A DNA stretch of 64,000 nt from an uncultured Methanomicrobiales archaeon (GCA_963758915.1 CAVWXH010000005.1:68936-132935), one strand, 5' to 3'. Shown: positions 41,163-51,685, numbered from the stretch's first letter. Notes: a model not told the origin generated them from the letters alone. A program made the numbers and translations.

Positions 41163-42006
41163 TCAGAGTAATGACTTACCGGACTGGTAAGCAATTGTCT
41201 TGGTGAAGGAGCTGATTACTCCGCTGGACGCATGAGGATCTCGGAGTAGGTCAGGTCTTCGTTCTTGCCATTGATGTCGATGACCGCCCTCGTTGATGCA
41301 TCGTTCCTGCCTTCCTGGATGTGTGCCTTTACGTATGCCGATTGCCGAGCCAATTGCCGGGATCTGTCCCTGTGATGTGCCGTATGGCTTGACATTGATG
41401 CGTAGTTCAGGACGACTGGTGCGGTTGCATCAGTGCCGACGAACCTCTCGTTCGCTGCGGTTGTAACTGATCCAACGGTCAGGTCGTACTTGCTGCCTGC
41501 CTGGATGATGTTACAGTACGCTGGAATGGTGTCTACTGGGTATGCTGAGAACGGACAGAGCATGCGGTCGCTTGCTGCGGTGTAGTTGCCTGCGCCGTCG
41601 AGCATGATGTTCTCTGAACCGACGATGTTGCCACCGTCTGCAGTTGCAATGAAGGTAACTGCGGTGTCAGCCTTTACGTTGGACTGGGAAATAACCTTGT
41701 TGCGGGTGTCGATTGCCATTGTCTTTACAAAGGTGGTCTGACCCTGCCTGTGCTACGGTGCTTGCATCGTAGGCGGTGGTGTACTGAACTTCCTGGTCTG
41801 CGAGTGGCGGGGCAGTTCATTGCCTTGTTGGTCAGAGTCCATGCGAGCCCTGCATTGTCCATTACGAGTCCGTCTGCAATGATTGCAGTTGAAGTTGTGA
41901 TTGTCTGTGTCTCAGGGGTTGCTGGAACGACCTGGTCGGCCATTACAACACCAGTGAGTGCAATCAGCATTGCGAGTGCAATGACGATAACGCCTGTTGT
42001 CTTCAT
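41163..42006 (-). CDS. Sheath-like secreted protein, tandem copy B (frameshifts)
   Basis: Near-identical to copy A except at two loops. Confidence 0.8.
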
Positions 42007-42495
42007 TTAATTTCCTCCTACATTTTATGCTGATACTCTCAGCATCAACCAATGTTTTTAGCTACCGATACATAATAACCTTTCTCTCTGAATCCCCTAA
42101 AGAAGAGGTATTCCAAGAGAAAGGGTTCATTTAACCGTCCATTTGAAGCATGTAACCAGCGGGTTAAAACAAACGCTCATATATTAAGTTATCTGCAATG
42201 GGTCTACAGTCAAACCCGCAATCAGTGTTCATTTGGGGAACAAATACCGTTGCTTCAGTTTGTTGTGAACCCTGCGTTATCAGGCCGTTGCATGAATACA
42301 GGGTGGGCCAGGGTGAGTTCCCCTTAAAAGAACGCAGGAATACGGAATCCTCACCTGATGGTTCACTATTGTTCTGGAAAGGAAATTCGCGCATGATCAT
42401 GCAGACCATGGATCAAGGATAGAGTCTGGATGGACATTTCCCGAAAATAGTCAGATCGCCCGGGACCCGTCACATATCAATGGACTACCTGGAGA

Positions 42496-43221
42496 TTATT
42501 TCCTTGCGACCGTGATATACCCGCTATGGCAGACACTTGTTGACGGGCGTGTGCCCCTCTTGGTCCTGGTCATGACCCGCTCGATCAGTTCATAGGCAGT
42601 AATCTCGGGGAAGAGCCCCTCCATTGAATCCATTACCACGAACATGTGCTCGAGGAACGGTGTATAACAGGCGAGGTACCCGCCGGGACGAATGAGGCGT
42701 TCCGCATGTTTCACGTGCTCACCTGTCAGTGTCATATCAAGGTGTACCACATCATACTCGCCTTCTGCTGCAAGGAAGTCGGCAGCTACAACCCGGACAT
42801 TATCAAGACCGGCATCCTCAATATTGGACGCGGCAAGTTTTGCAAAGTCAGGGCGGTGTTCGTAGCTGGTAACTGTTCCCGAAACACCACCGAAGTAGAT
42901 GGCCGCGATCCCGCTTCCTGTGCCTGCGTCAAGGACATCATCCTTCTTGTTCATCCCCGTGCAGGCGATCACGAGCCCGATATCCTTCGGGAGCATGGGG
43001 GCACCGCTCCGGCGTGCATGTTCAAAAAAATCGGCAGGCCTGGGGATCTTTATGGCAAATTCATTTCCTTTATGACTTGCTACCATTGTCCCCGGGGTTG
43101 CACCCGGAAGGAGCCCCAGATCAATCATACCAAGGTCGGTAGAGAGTTGTCCCGGTCCTGCACGGACAAAGTACTTCCGGTTGTTGCCGACGAGGAGGAC
43201 CCGGTCCCCTGGTTCAATCAT
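42496..43221 (-). CDS. trmI: tRNA (adenine-N1)-methyltransferase TrmI/Gcd14 family
   Basis: PKDIG, LDAGTGSG, GTRPST and HSGY motifs. Confidence 0.85.
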   Translation of the reverse strand: MIEPGDRVLLVGNNRKYFVRAGPGQLSTDLGMIDLGLLPGATPGTMVASHKGNEFAIKIPRPADFFEHARRSGAPMLPKDIGLVIACTGMNKKDDVLDAGTGSGIAAIYFGGVSGTVTSYEHRPDFAKLAASNIEDAGLDNVRVVAADFLAAEGEYDVVHLDMTLTGEHVKHAERLIRPGGYLACYTPFLEHMFVVMDSMEGLFPEITAYELIERVMTRTKRGTRPSTSVCHSGYITVARK

Positions 43222-43556
43222 GAGGATGAGAGCCTCATGATCGCTTCTGCAATATCACCCTTTGTTTCGCCAAGCACTTTCTTTGCTGCCTCGATCGTTG
43301 CACCAGTCTGGTCAGCAACGAGGCGGACATCATCAGCCGGGATTTCCGGTTCAACCGGTTCGAACCGGGGGTCCCCGATGACCTGGTAGGTAGTAACACC
43401 CTGCATGGTCATCGCCGAGACCTCGGCATTATCAAATATATAGCGTCCCTTCGGGGTCGTGATGACAATCTGGCTGACATCTTCAATCTGCTCGACCTGC
43501 ATCCCGAGCTGTTTCATCATCTGTTTCATCTTTTTCGGGTTCATTCCGGGTAACAT
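43218..43556 (-). CDS. nac: Nascent polypeptide-associated complex protein
   Basis: MNPKKMKQMMKQLG N-terminus; UBA-like GDIAEAI C-terminus. Confidence 0.93.
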   Translation of the reverse strand: MLPGMNPKKMKQMMKQLGMQVEQIEDVSQIVITTPKGRYIFDNAEVSAMTMQGVTTYQVIGDPRFEPVEPEIPADDVRLVADQTGATIEAAKKVLGETKGDIAEAIMRLSSS

Positions 43557-44035
43557 TTTACTGACCTTCCCTGCCGTACTTTTACGGCTACTCCGTAATT
43601 AAATACCAGCATCTCGGCCCCGGCGAGCATCGCGGTGCCTGTCGCAAGAAGAGTATCCTCACCTGTAACGACCAGCACCTCGTCACCTGACCGGATCATC
43701 GGGTCTGCGGCAATAACGTGTTTTGCAAAGGCATTCTTTCCGGCCGCAACAAATTCGGCTACCTCAGCATTGACTTCTACCCTGTAGGATGGTGGGGGAA
43801 GTGCCTTCTGCAGCCTTTCTGCACATTCTATGCTAAGTGTCAGCCTTCCGTCCTCGGCCCGGACTGTTGCCAGGCGTGTCCCCCCAAGGAGGACCTGGCG
43901 GATACGGCCGGTGGTGGAGAAGCTGAATTCGCAGGAATCAGGGAAGAGTTCCGCTCCCATGCCCTTACCAAACTGGTAATCAGCAATGACCCGGACTCTC
44001 CGGACTGTGCTGTTCTCCGAGTAACTCGTTGACAC
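43541..44035 (-). CDS. PUA-domain protein (archaeosine TGT C-terminal-like)
   Basis: IADYQFG, GKNAFAKHV and GVAVKVR motifs; probable GTG start at 44035. Confidence 0.82.
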   Translation of the reverse strand: MSTSYSENSTVRRVRVIADYQFGKGMGAELFPDSCEFSFSTTGRIRQVLLGGTRLATVRAEDGRLTLSIECAERLQKALPPPSYRVEVNAEVAEFVAAGKNAFAKHVIAADPMIRSGDEVLVVTGEDTLLATGTAMLAGAEMLVFNYGVAVKVRQGRSVKCYPE

Positions 44036-45374
44036 GTATGACAAACCTCTCTTCACTGCCTCTGGGTATATATGCACCTGCTGCGATTTTATGGCCTCCC
44101 CCTGAGCCCCCCAGTTCTGCTGATACCTTGCTGACAACATCCTGGAGATCGATGCCCCGGGACACGACCCGCTCCGTCGTCCGCATGGACGCCTTGATGA
44201 GGGCAGGGTCTTCCGGAAGCTCGCACATGATAAGGATCGGTTTCTGCCAGTTTAATTTTGAAAGGGCCATACCGGCACCTATTCCTACTATAGTATCGGG
44301 GAACCGGTTACCGACATGGATATGCTGGAGGTGGGAGATCTCCACCACTCCTTTATCGAGGATATACTGCAGGAGTTCACGGATCACGGCACGGTGATTG
44401 GTGAGCATTTTCCTGGCCTCACGGTACGCAACTGACCGGTCACCACGGCATATCGCCCCGCCAATATCCGGCCGTGCCCATCTTCCGCATGCGTTAAGAA
44501 CGGTAGCAAACTCCTGTGCATTCCGGAGCGGTTCCCCTGCGGTTTCATCGGGAAATAAGTAGGTCTCACAGAACAACCGGTCAAAAGGTTCCCCGTTTGC
44601 CATAAGCTGCTCAACGAGGGCACTCATGACCTTCTTCCTGTCCTCAAAAGGAAGTCCCTCCCAGATCAGGTCTTTCCTGCCATCATTTCCCTGTATGTCA
44701 ATTTTCTTCAGAAACCTGCGTGCCCCGTTGACATCGTTGCTGATCCCGGTGATAAAGGGGTCGTCGTTATAGCTCAGGCAGACGTGGAGCGGGCGGGTTG
44801 AAGTGCCATAGCAGTTCAGGTCATGGGGCCTGACAACGATGCTCCCATGCGACACCCCGTCATCCACAATTTCCCGTGCAGGCCCGGTAAGGCCGCAATG
44901 TTCACGAGCCATCATATCCCCGACGTTTCCGATGACGGCAATTTTTGCAAGGTCAAGGTTATCAGGATCAAGACGACGTGCTACCAGGTAGGTGAGCCCT
45001 GCAGCACTCAGCTTTAACAGCCCGTAGGGGATGCAGTTTACCTGGAAATATCCGGTACTGCAGGGCTGGCTTACATGGTGGTCGATGATAAGGACATTTT
45101 CGCTATCCATTCCCCTCTCTTCAAGAAGGTTCTGCTGCCCGGCACCAAGGTCCGTAAATATTTTAAACGTACGGTCTTTTGGGACCTGGTGCATGGTGAG
45201 GGGTTCAAGCTGCCGCACAAAGACCGATTTTGTGGCAATTCCTTCGCGGGTCAGGGCCTCGGAGAGGATGGCCTCACAGGAGATACCATCTGCATCGATA
45301 TGAGAGATGATGGTCACCTCCTGCTGGTTGTGGATGATGTCTGCAGCTTTCGCCACCTCCTGATCGATCCCCAT
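43980..45374 (-). CDS. RecJ-like DHH/DHHA1 phosphoesterase
   Basis: HIDADG, DLG, IDHH and GGGHKIAAGA motifs. Confidence 0.88.
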   Translation of the reverse strand: MGIDQEVAKAADIIHNQQEVTIISHIDADGISCEAILSEALTREGIATKSVFVRQLEPLTMHQVPKDRTFKIFTDLGAGQQNLLEERGMDSENVLIIDHHVSQPCSTGYFQVNCIPYGLLKLSAAGLTYLVARRLDPDNLDLAKIAVIGNVGDMMAREHCGLTGPAREIVDDGVSHGSIVVRPHDLNCYGTSTRPLHVCLSYNDDPFITGISNDVNGARRFLKKIDIQGNDGRKDLIWEGLPFEDRKKVMSALVEQLMANGEPFDRLFCETYLFPDETAGEPLRNAQEFATVLNACGRWARPDIGGAICRGDRSVAYREARKMLTNHRAVIRELLQYILDKGVVEISHLQHIHVGNRFPDTIVGIGAGMALSKLNWQKPILIMCELPEDPALIKASMRTTERVVSRGIDLQDVVSKVSAELGGSGGGHKIAAGAYIPRGSEERFVIRVNELLGEQHSPESPGHC

Positions 45375-45533
45375 CGTATCTCATACTACACGTTTTAAAT
45401 TAAAGAAACTCTCTGTTAAGGCCTGATTTTCCCGTGATAACGTTTCCGGATATAGAATTGTCCCCTGCACCTGCCAGCCCGGCAGCCGATCATTTGATAG
45501 TTCACCGATGAAGAATCCTCTCCATATGATATT

Positions 45534-46964
45534 ATGCAGGGGGAGGAACCAATGACCGGGCGGAGCAATGGTCTTTACGAGTTTCTGGAAACGGGAATGA
45601 TCAGTCCGGCAGGCATGAAAGCGGTTGAAATCAACGCAATTTCACTTGGATATTCCGCCGGCCGGATGATGGAGAGCGCAGGCAGGGCTCTCGCTGACTT
45701 TGCGCGGAAACATGCCCCTGAAAAAGTCGTCGTGCTGTGTGGAAAAGGAAATAACGGCGGTGACGGGATGGTGGCGGCCCGTTACCTTGCCCGTGATATT
45801 GATGTTGAGACCTGGTACTTTGACCAGCAACCCGTAAGCCCAGGCGTCGAGCGCCAGCGCCGCCTGCTCGGGTATTGTGATACCCCGGTATCCCGGTTCC
45901 GGTGCCGGAATGATCTCGACCCTCTCCCGGGATGTCTCCGTGATTCAGACCTTGTAATAGATGCCCTTCTGGGCACAGGTGGTGATGGGCCCCCCCGTGA
46001 ACCTCTTGACACCTGCATCGCCATGGCCAATGAGTCCGGTATTCCGATTATATCAGCCGATCTTCCTACTCCCGGGATAATGGCCAGGTGGATTGTTGCG
46101 TTCCACCGGCCGAAAACCAGTGGGTCGGAGGTTGCAGATATCGGTATTCCCGTTGAAGCCGAAGTATTCACGGGACCGGGGGAGGTAACTCTTCTTCCCC
46201 GCAGGGGTCCTGCGGCACACAAAGGCGAGGGGGGGCGCATACTTGTTATCGGGGGCGGGCCTTACCAGGGGGCCCCCTATCTTGCCGGTCTTGGCGCACT
46301 CAGGGCAGGGGCAGATATCGTTAAGATAGCGTCACCTGTCTTCGAACCGGTCCCTGACTTAATCTATGAACATCTCAACGGGACTGTCATAAACCGGGAG
46401 CATATTCCCCGGTTGATTGAACTGGCCTGCCATTCGGATGTCGTTGTATGCGGCAACGGGCTTGGAGATGCAAGCCATGATGTCGTGTGTGCCGTTGCAC
46501 CGCACTGCAAAAAAGCGGTGTTTGATGCAGATGCCATCCGCCAGCCGCTGCCCGTTGCCGGGGTGTCAATTTATACGCCTCATGCGGCGGAGTTCACCCG
46601 TATGACCGGAAAGGTCGCCCCTTCAGACCTGGTTGGACGTGGACGTATCGTTCAGACAGCAGCGGCAGGATCAACGGTTCTCCTGAAAGGAGCAATTGAT
46701 GTGATATCTGACGGAACCCGGGTGAAATTTAACAGGACCGGGACACCTGCGATGACCGTCGGCGGGACCGGCGATGTCCTTGCCGGGGTTACTGCTGCAT
46801 TGTTCTGTCACCTGCCTGGATTTGAAGCAGCGACCATTGCCGCATATGTAAATGGCATGGCAGGTATGGCTGCCGAGAAAGCGATCGGCGGAGGTTTACT
46901 CGCAAGCGACCTTGTTAATTACATTCCACGCGAACTATTTGGCAAAGGTGTATCCAATGGTTGA
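45534..46964 (+). CDS. nnr: Bifunctional NAD(P)H-hydrate epimerase/dehydratase (NnrE-NnrD)
   Basis: GKGNNGGDG, DALLGTG, HKG, TPHAAEF and GGTGDVLAG motifs. Confidence 0.92.
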   Translation: MQGEEPMTGRSNGLYEFLETGMISPAGMKAVEINAISLGYSAGRMMESAGRALADFARKHAPEKVVVLCGKGNNGGDGMVAARYLARDIDVETWYFDQQPVSPGVERQRRLLGYCDTPVSRFRCRNDLDPLPGCLRDSDLVIDALLGTGGDGPPREPLDTCIAMANESGIPIISADLPTPGIMARWIVAFHRPKTSGSEVADIGIPVEAEVFTGPGEVTLLPRRGPAAHKGEGGRILVIGGGPYQGAPYLAGLGALRAGADIVKIASPVFEPVPDLIYEHLNGTVINREHIPRLIELACHSDVVVCGNGLGDASHDVVCAVAPHCKKAVFDADAIRQPLPVAGVSIYTPHAAEFTRMTGKVAPSDLVGRGRIVQTAAAGSTVLLKGAIDVISDGTRVKFNRTGTPAMTVGGTGDVLAGVTAALFCHLPGFEAATIAAYVNGMAGMAAEKAIGGGLLASDLVNYIPRELFGKGVSNG

Positions 46965-47436
46965 CTTTTCCCATATCACGGATTCCCGTGCGCAGATGGT
47001 TGATATCACTCTAAAAGAAGATGTAACCCGGGAAGCGACGGCAAAAGGGCGTATTTATCTCAGGAAAGAGACGATCCTCGCGATACAGGAAGGGGCGGTA
47101 ATTAAAGGGAATGTACTTGCTACCGCACGAATCGCAGCTACCCTTGCGGTAAAAGACACCCCCCGGATTATCCCGATGTGCCACCAGATCCCCATTGGTG
47201 CGATAGTGGTAGAATTCAGCGAAGACGTAACGTGGATTGAAGCAACGGTCCGGGTCAGGACTGTCGGAAAAACCGGTGTCGAAATGGAAGCACTTACCGG
47301 CGTAAGCGTGGCCCTACTCACTATATGGGATATGGTGAAATCTGCTGAGAAGGATAGCGGAGGCCAATATCCTGTTACACGAATCGAAGGGATATGCGTA
47401 ACGGAGAAGAAGAAAGGTGCTGTTAACAGGCAATAA
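46957..47436 (+). CDS. moaC: Cyclic pyranopterin monophosphate synthase
   Basis: MVDI, IPMCH, TGVEMEAL and WDMVKS motifs. Confidence 0.95.
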   Translation: MVDFSHITDSRAQMVDITLKEDVTREATAKGRIYLRKETILAIQEGAVIKGNVLATARIAATLAVKDTPRIIPMCHQIPIGAIVVEFSEDVTWIEATVRVRTVGKTGVEMEALTGVSVALLTIWDMVKSAEKDSGGQYPVTRIEGICVTEKKKGAVNRQ

Positions 47437-47591
47437 CAACGCCGTCCACCGGTACCAGTGATAGTACTGTCGGGTCATACCTGGTACGACGTAGTTCATT
47501 TTATATCCCGACCCGTCGAACTGTTTAGGAATACGGGATGCGTCCCGTGTAGGAATGTAGCTCTGAAAAGAGCTGAACCTTGGTGAATATC

Positions 47592-48182
47592 ATGTCAAAA
47601 TCGATGTATGCGTACGTCCGCGACGCATGGAAGAAACCCGATGATTCTCCGGTCAGTGCCCTCCAGTGGGAGCGCATGCAGGTCTGGAGACGGGAAGGGA
47701 GCGTAGTCCGTGTTGACCACCCGACTCGTATTGATCGGGCCCGGAGCCTCGGGTACAAAGCGAAACAGGGCATTATTGTTGTCCGCGTGAATGTCAGACG
47801 TGGTGGCCGCAGAAGGTCCCGGTATGTGCGTGCACGACGTACAGCAAGAATGGGTGTCAACCGGATTACCGCGGGAAAGAGTATCCAGAGGATCGCTGAA
47901 GAGCGTGCCTCAAGGCGGCACCCCAACATGGAAGTCCTCAACTCGTACTGGGTTGGTCAGGACGGGCGACAGAAATGGTACGAGGTAATCCTTGTCGATG
48001 GTCACCATCCGTGTATAATGAGTGATCGCAATCTTTCGTGGATTGGCAACCCTGTCCACCGGGGCCGTGCAGAACGTGGTAAGACAAGCGCGGGAAGGAA
48101 AGGCCGTGGCATGATGACCCGCGGAAGGGGTACAGAAAAGACCCGCCCAAGCATCCGGTCCCATGCGAACCAGGGAAAATAA
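47592..48182 (+). CDS. rpl15e: 50S ribosomal protein L15e
   Basis: LGYKAKQG and [10 protein letters not shown] motifs. Confidence 0.97.
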   Translation: MSKSMYAYVRDAWKKPDDSPVSALQWERMQVWRREGSVVRVDHPTRIDRARSLGYKAKQGIIVVRVNVRRGGRRRSRYVRARRTARMGVNRITAGKSIQRIAEERASRRHPNMEVLNSYWVGQDGRQKWYEVILVDGHHPCIMSDRNLSWIGNPVHRGRAERGKTSAGRKGRGMMTRGRGTEKTRPSIRSHANQGK

Positions 48183-48213
48183 TTCCTTCATTTTTTCAGA
48201 TATGGGCTGCCGG

Positions 48214-48855
48214 ATGATAGCCACTGATGCGACCGTATTTCCATCCCCCCTGGGTAATACTTCGGTTCGCCGGATGGTCCTCGAGACCCGGGAGCTTGGT
48301 TTTGATAGTATCGTAGCTATCGGCCAGACAGGATGGGAAATTGATGGCTTTTCAGTAATTGGGGGGACGCTGATACGCGAGCCGCAGGTGAAAGCCGTAA
48401 TTAATGCAGCACGGGCGAATTCTTCTGGTACAGGCTTAGTCGTTGTGAATGCTGGTAATAATGGGTTTAACCGTGCGATTATCCAGATCAAGGGGGTTCA
48501 CGTAATCAGGCATCTTCACAAGACAGAAAAAAACTCTTTTGACCATATTATTGCACGAATGTCAGCAGAAAACAATGTTGCCATCGATATTGACCTCCGT
48601 CCAATTGTAATGTCACGCGGGGTCTGGCGACAGAAAACAATCCAGCGATATAAGGACATTATTGGTCTCTGCGAGCGGTTCGAGTTTCCCCTCACCCTAT
48701 CGAGCAACGCACGATCTGTTGTTGAATTAAAATCGGTGAGAGAGATGGTGAACCTTGCCTCGGTGGTGGGTATTACAGAACCTGATGCGAGGGAAGCCCT
48801 TGCAGGGATTAGGAATCTGATCGCCCCCCGCGGCCCTGTGCAGGTGGTCGGATGA
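48214..48855 (+). CDS. rnp3: Ribonuclease P protein component 3 (Rpp30)
   Basis: Conserved position after rpl15e; FDHIIAR and LSSNARS motifs. Confidence 0.85.
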   Translation: MIATDATVFPSPLGNTSVRRMVLETRELGFDSIVAIGQTGWEIDGFSVIGGTLIREPQVKAVINAARANSSGTGLVVVNAGNNGFNRAIIQIKGVHVIRHLHKTEKNSFDHIIARMSAENNVAIDIDLRPIVMSRGVWRQKTIQRYKDIIGLCERFEFPLTLSSNARSVVELKSVREMVNLASVVGITEPDAREALAGIRNLIAPRGPVQVVG

Positions 48856-49340
48856 AACCCCGCCCCCCGACAATGCGGGATAAAAGAAGGTATGTCCTGG
48901 CGAGGATAACCCCGGCATGGGTATGTCCTGAAACAAAATCCATCTACCTCGTAGTGCAGGAAGCGATCACGTCCCTCTGGGGAGACGCAATGGCAGCCGG
49001 CATCCAGATGGCAGTGGTGTACGGGGATAAAGAATTCTGTATTATCCGGTGCAGGAGAGGGTGCGAGGGGTGGCTTGAGACTGCCCTCTCTACAGTATCG
49101 TGCGTAAATGACCAGGGCATTTCCCTCCGGAGTTATGCCGTTTCCGGGACAATTCATGCACTGAAACAGAGGATTGAAAAGTGCAGAAAGGGACCTGTCC
49201 CCGATGCCAGAGAGCTTATAATTGGTGAGAGAATATTCGAGGCATATTACTTCCCGGGTCAAAGAGTTGATGTATTAGAAAAGGGATTTAAAAGCCGGGA
49301 GCTATTGTTCCTCACAGAAACAGATATTGAGGAGATGTAA
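48852..49340 (+). CDS. rnp2: Ribonuclease P protein component 2 (Pop5/Rpp14)
   Basis: PPTMRDKRRY and VSGTI motifs. Confidence 0.9.
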   Translation: MKPRPPTMRDKRRYVLARITPAWVCPETKSIYLVVQEAITSLWGDAMAAGIQMAVVYGDKEFCIIRCRRGCEGWLETALSTVSCVNDQGISLRSYAVSGTIHALKQRIEKCRKGPVPDARELIIGERIFEAYYFPGQRVDVLEKGFKSRELLFLTETDIEEM

Positions 49341-50062
49341 TGCAACCACAGTATCAGATGGGTTACGACCGCGCAATCACTGTATTCAGCCCGGATGGAA
49401 GGTTATACCAGGTTGAATATGCCCGTGAAGCGGTCAAACGCGGTACTACCGCGGTAGGGATCAAGTGTGTGGAAGGCGTGGTCCTGATTGTTGATAAACG
49501 GGTCAGCTCCAGACTGCTGGAAGCATCATCGATCGAGAAAATTTTCAAGATTGATGAGCATATCGGCGTTGCGTCGTCGGGTCTTGTCGGGGATGCCCGG
49601 TCACTTGTCGACCGTGCACGAATTGAATCCCAGATCAACCGGGTCACCTACGATGAGAAGATCGATGTTGAAGCGCTATCCAAGAAACTCTGTGACCACA
49701 TGCAGACGTACACACAGTTTGGAGGTGCCAGGCCATACGGCACGGCGCTGTTAATCGCCGGTATCAGCGACGGTGAATGCAGGCTCTTCGAGACAGACCC
49801 GAGCGGGACTCTTCTTGAGTACAAAGCGACGGGTATCGGCATTGGCCGCCCGGCTGCCATGAAACTCTTCGAGGAGGAATACAATTATGATGCAACCGTT
49901 CCTGATGCGATCATACTCGGGCTGAAAGCGCTCCGCGATGCAACAGAAGGGAAGTTTGATGTAAACACCGTTGAGATAGGGGTTATTGAAATGAACAACC
50001 CGGTGTTCCGTAAGATGAGCAAGGATGAAGTAGCTTCATTCGTTGAGATATTTGAAAAATAG
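49340..50062 (+). CDS. psmA: Proteasome subunit alpha
   Basis: YDRAITVFSPDGRLYQVEYAREA. Confidence 0.98.
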   Translation: MQPQYQMGYDRAITVFSPDGRLYQVEYAREAVKRGTTAVGIKCVEGVVLIVDKRVSSRLLEASSIEKIFKIDEHIGVASSGLVGDARSLVDRARIESQINRVTYDEKIDVEALSKKLCDHMQTYTQFGGARPYGTALLIAGISDGECRLFETDPSGTLLEYKATGIGIGRPAAMKLFEEEYNYDATVPDAIILGLKALRDATEGKFDVNTVEIGVIEMNNPVFRKMSKDEVASFVEIFEK

Positions 50063-50074
50063 GAGGCCCATTAC

Positions 50075-50779
50075 ATGATACCACTAGACAAGGCAGTGGT
50101 AGCGCGACTAGAGAGCCATGGGGAAAAGTTTGAGATCCTGGTGGATCCTGACGAGGCGGTAATATTTCGGCAGGGAGGAGAGATAGACCTTGAAGATGTG
50201 GTTGCAGCTCTCAACGTGTTTGAAAATGCAGCACACGGGAAGCGGGCATCAGATGAATCATTAATGAAGGTCTTTTCAACCACCGAGTTCCCTGTAGTAG
50301 CAAGAAAAATTATCGAAAAGGGAGAAATCCACCTCACTGCCGATCAGCGCAGGCATATGATTGCCGAAAAAAGAAAGCAGGTAATTACGTTTATCAGCCG
50401 CAACGCGGTTAACCCGCAGACCGGCCACCCACACCCGCCACAGAGGATAGAAATGGCGATGGAAGAGGCAAGGGTCAATATTGACCCGTTTAAAAATTTT
50501 GATGAAAGTGTCAAGGAAACGGTCAAAGCACTCCGCCCTCTCCTGCCGATCCGGTTCGAAGAATTACGTATTGCTGTAAGGATCCCGGCAGACTATGCAC
50601 ACCGGGCGTACGGCGAGCTTCACAGCGGAACGGTTATGGAAAAGGAAGAATGGCAGAAAGACGGCTCCTGGATCGGGGTCATCAGAATTCCTGCAGGCAT
50701 CCAGGGTGAGTTCTATGATACGGTAAACCGTCTCACCAAGGGTGAAGCAGAAGTGAAAGTGCTTGATCAAGTATATTAG
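50075..50779 (+). CDS. Ribosome maturation factor SBDS/Sdo1
   Basis: FEILVDP, NPQTGHPHPPQRIE and EEWQKDGSW motifs. Confidence 0.95.
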   Translation: MIPLDKAVVARLESHGEKFEILVDPDEAVIFRQGGEIDLEDVVAALNVFENAAHGKRASDESLMKVFSTTEFPVVARKIIEKGEIHLTADQRRHMIAEKRKQVITFISRNAVNPQTGHPHPPQRIEMAMEEARVNIDPFKNFDESVKETVKALRPLLPIRFEELRIAVRIPADYAHRAYGELHSGTVMEKEEWQKDGSWIGVIRIPAGIQGEFYDTVNRLTKGEAEVKVLDQVY

Positions 50780-50822
50780 TCGAGATGACAAATAATATAA
50801 GACATACATTGGGGAATACGAT

Positions 50823-51113
50823 ATGAGCAAGGCAAACCAGAAAGCGAAAGGAAGGGTCACAGGCAGTGCAGGCCGGTTCGGGTGCAGATACGGGAGATTC
50901 GTTCGTAAAAGAGTCGCAGAAATGGAAAAGGTCTCACGGGCATATCACCGCTGCCCGAGATGCGATGTAATGGGTGTACACCGCAAAGGTACTGGTATCT
51001 GGGAATGCCGTAAGTGCGACTTCAAATTTGCAGGCGGCGCATACCAGCCGCAGACTCCCATCCTTCGGGTAGCCCTCAGGACAATCGAGCGCTCACTGCA
51101 GAAGGAGGCCTGA
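50823..51113 (+). CDS. rpl37ae: 50S ribosomal protein L37Ae
   Basis: AGRFGCRYG, CPRC...GIWECRKC and AGGAY motifs. Confidence 0.96.
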   Translation: MSKANQKAKGRVTGSAGRFGCRYGRFVRKRVAEMEKVSRAYHRCPRCDVMGVHRKGTGIWECRKCDFKFAGGAYQPQTPILRVALRTIERSLQKEA

Positions 51114-51119
51114 GGTCTT

Positions 51120-51254
51120 TTGGCAGGCTCATATAAGTGTGCACGGTGCAAGCAGAAGGTGGAGATTGACGTAAATGTCCGCTGCCCCTACTGCGGTCAC
51201 CGCATCCTCTTTAAGGAGAGAGGCGCGGCGATCAAAGAGCTGACGGCCAGATGA
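51120..51254 (+). CDS. rpoP: DNA-directed RNA polymerase subunit P (Rpo12)
   Basis: Manual translation from TTG gives 44 aa: [44 protein letters not shown]. Below the ORF-track cutoff. Confidence 0.93.
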   Translation: MAGSYKCARCKQKVEIDVNVRCPYCGHRILFKERGAAIKELTAR

Positions 51255-51685
51255 CGGTTGTCACAACCTCGAGAAAAGCAGCACCAGGAGTCCGGTCTTT
51301 TGCAAAAGACCTGGCATTTGCACTTGGGTATTCGTTTTTGACCAGGGGCAAAATGGGCCTTCAAGAACTGAATTCAATTGATACATCTTTTTTGATTATC
51401 TCCACAGAACCTGCAGGAACAAGGATGCAGATCTTTTCATGCGGGGAACCTGTTGCAGATTACCTCGTAGCAAACCAAACAATCGAAGATCGGACCGGTA
51501 CGATGAGTAAAGAGGTTTCTGTCACTGACCAATCGGTTTATGATGTGATGAAACCATATATACGAGTGGCATTTAGCCGGGAAAAGGGCGGTACCATGAT
51601 ATTTGACGGGACCCGCCGCCGACGATACTTTCTGGGGCTGACCCCCTATGGAGAATCGTGCGGGACTGCGGATACCGCGTTATAA
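51251..51685 (+). CDS. Brix-domain ribosome biogenesis protein
   Basis: VTTSRK...RSFAKDLA...RGK motif; conserved position after rpoP. Confidence 0.8.
   Translation: MTVVTTSRKAAPGVRSFAKDLAFALGYSFLTRGKMGLQELNSIDTSFLIISTEPAGTRMQIFSCGEPVADYLVANQTIEDRTGTMSKEVSVTDQSVYDVMKPYIRVAFSREKGGTMIFDGTRRRRYFLGLTPYGESCGTADTAL

Larger units (their letters stand above)
39577..42165. repeat. Tandem duplication, two ~1.3-kb units (about 39577-40830 and 40894-42165)
   Basis: Promoter, CDS and terminator are nearly identical between the units; the distal downstream spacer is more diverged. Confidence 0.85.

Noticed and set aside
39848-42006. Diversity-generating retroelement TR/VR pair
   Set aside because: No reverse transcriptase in the window; differences between copies are loop indels, not adenine-specific substitutions.
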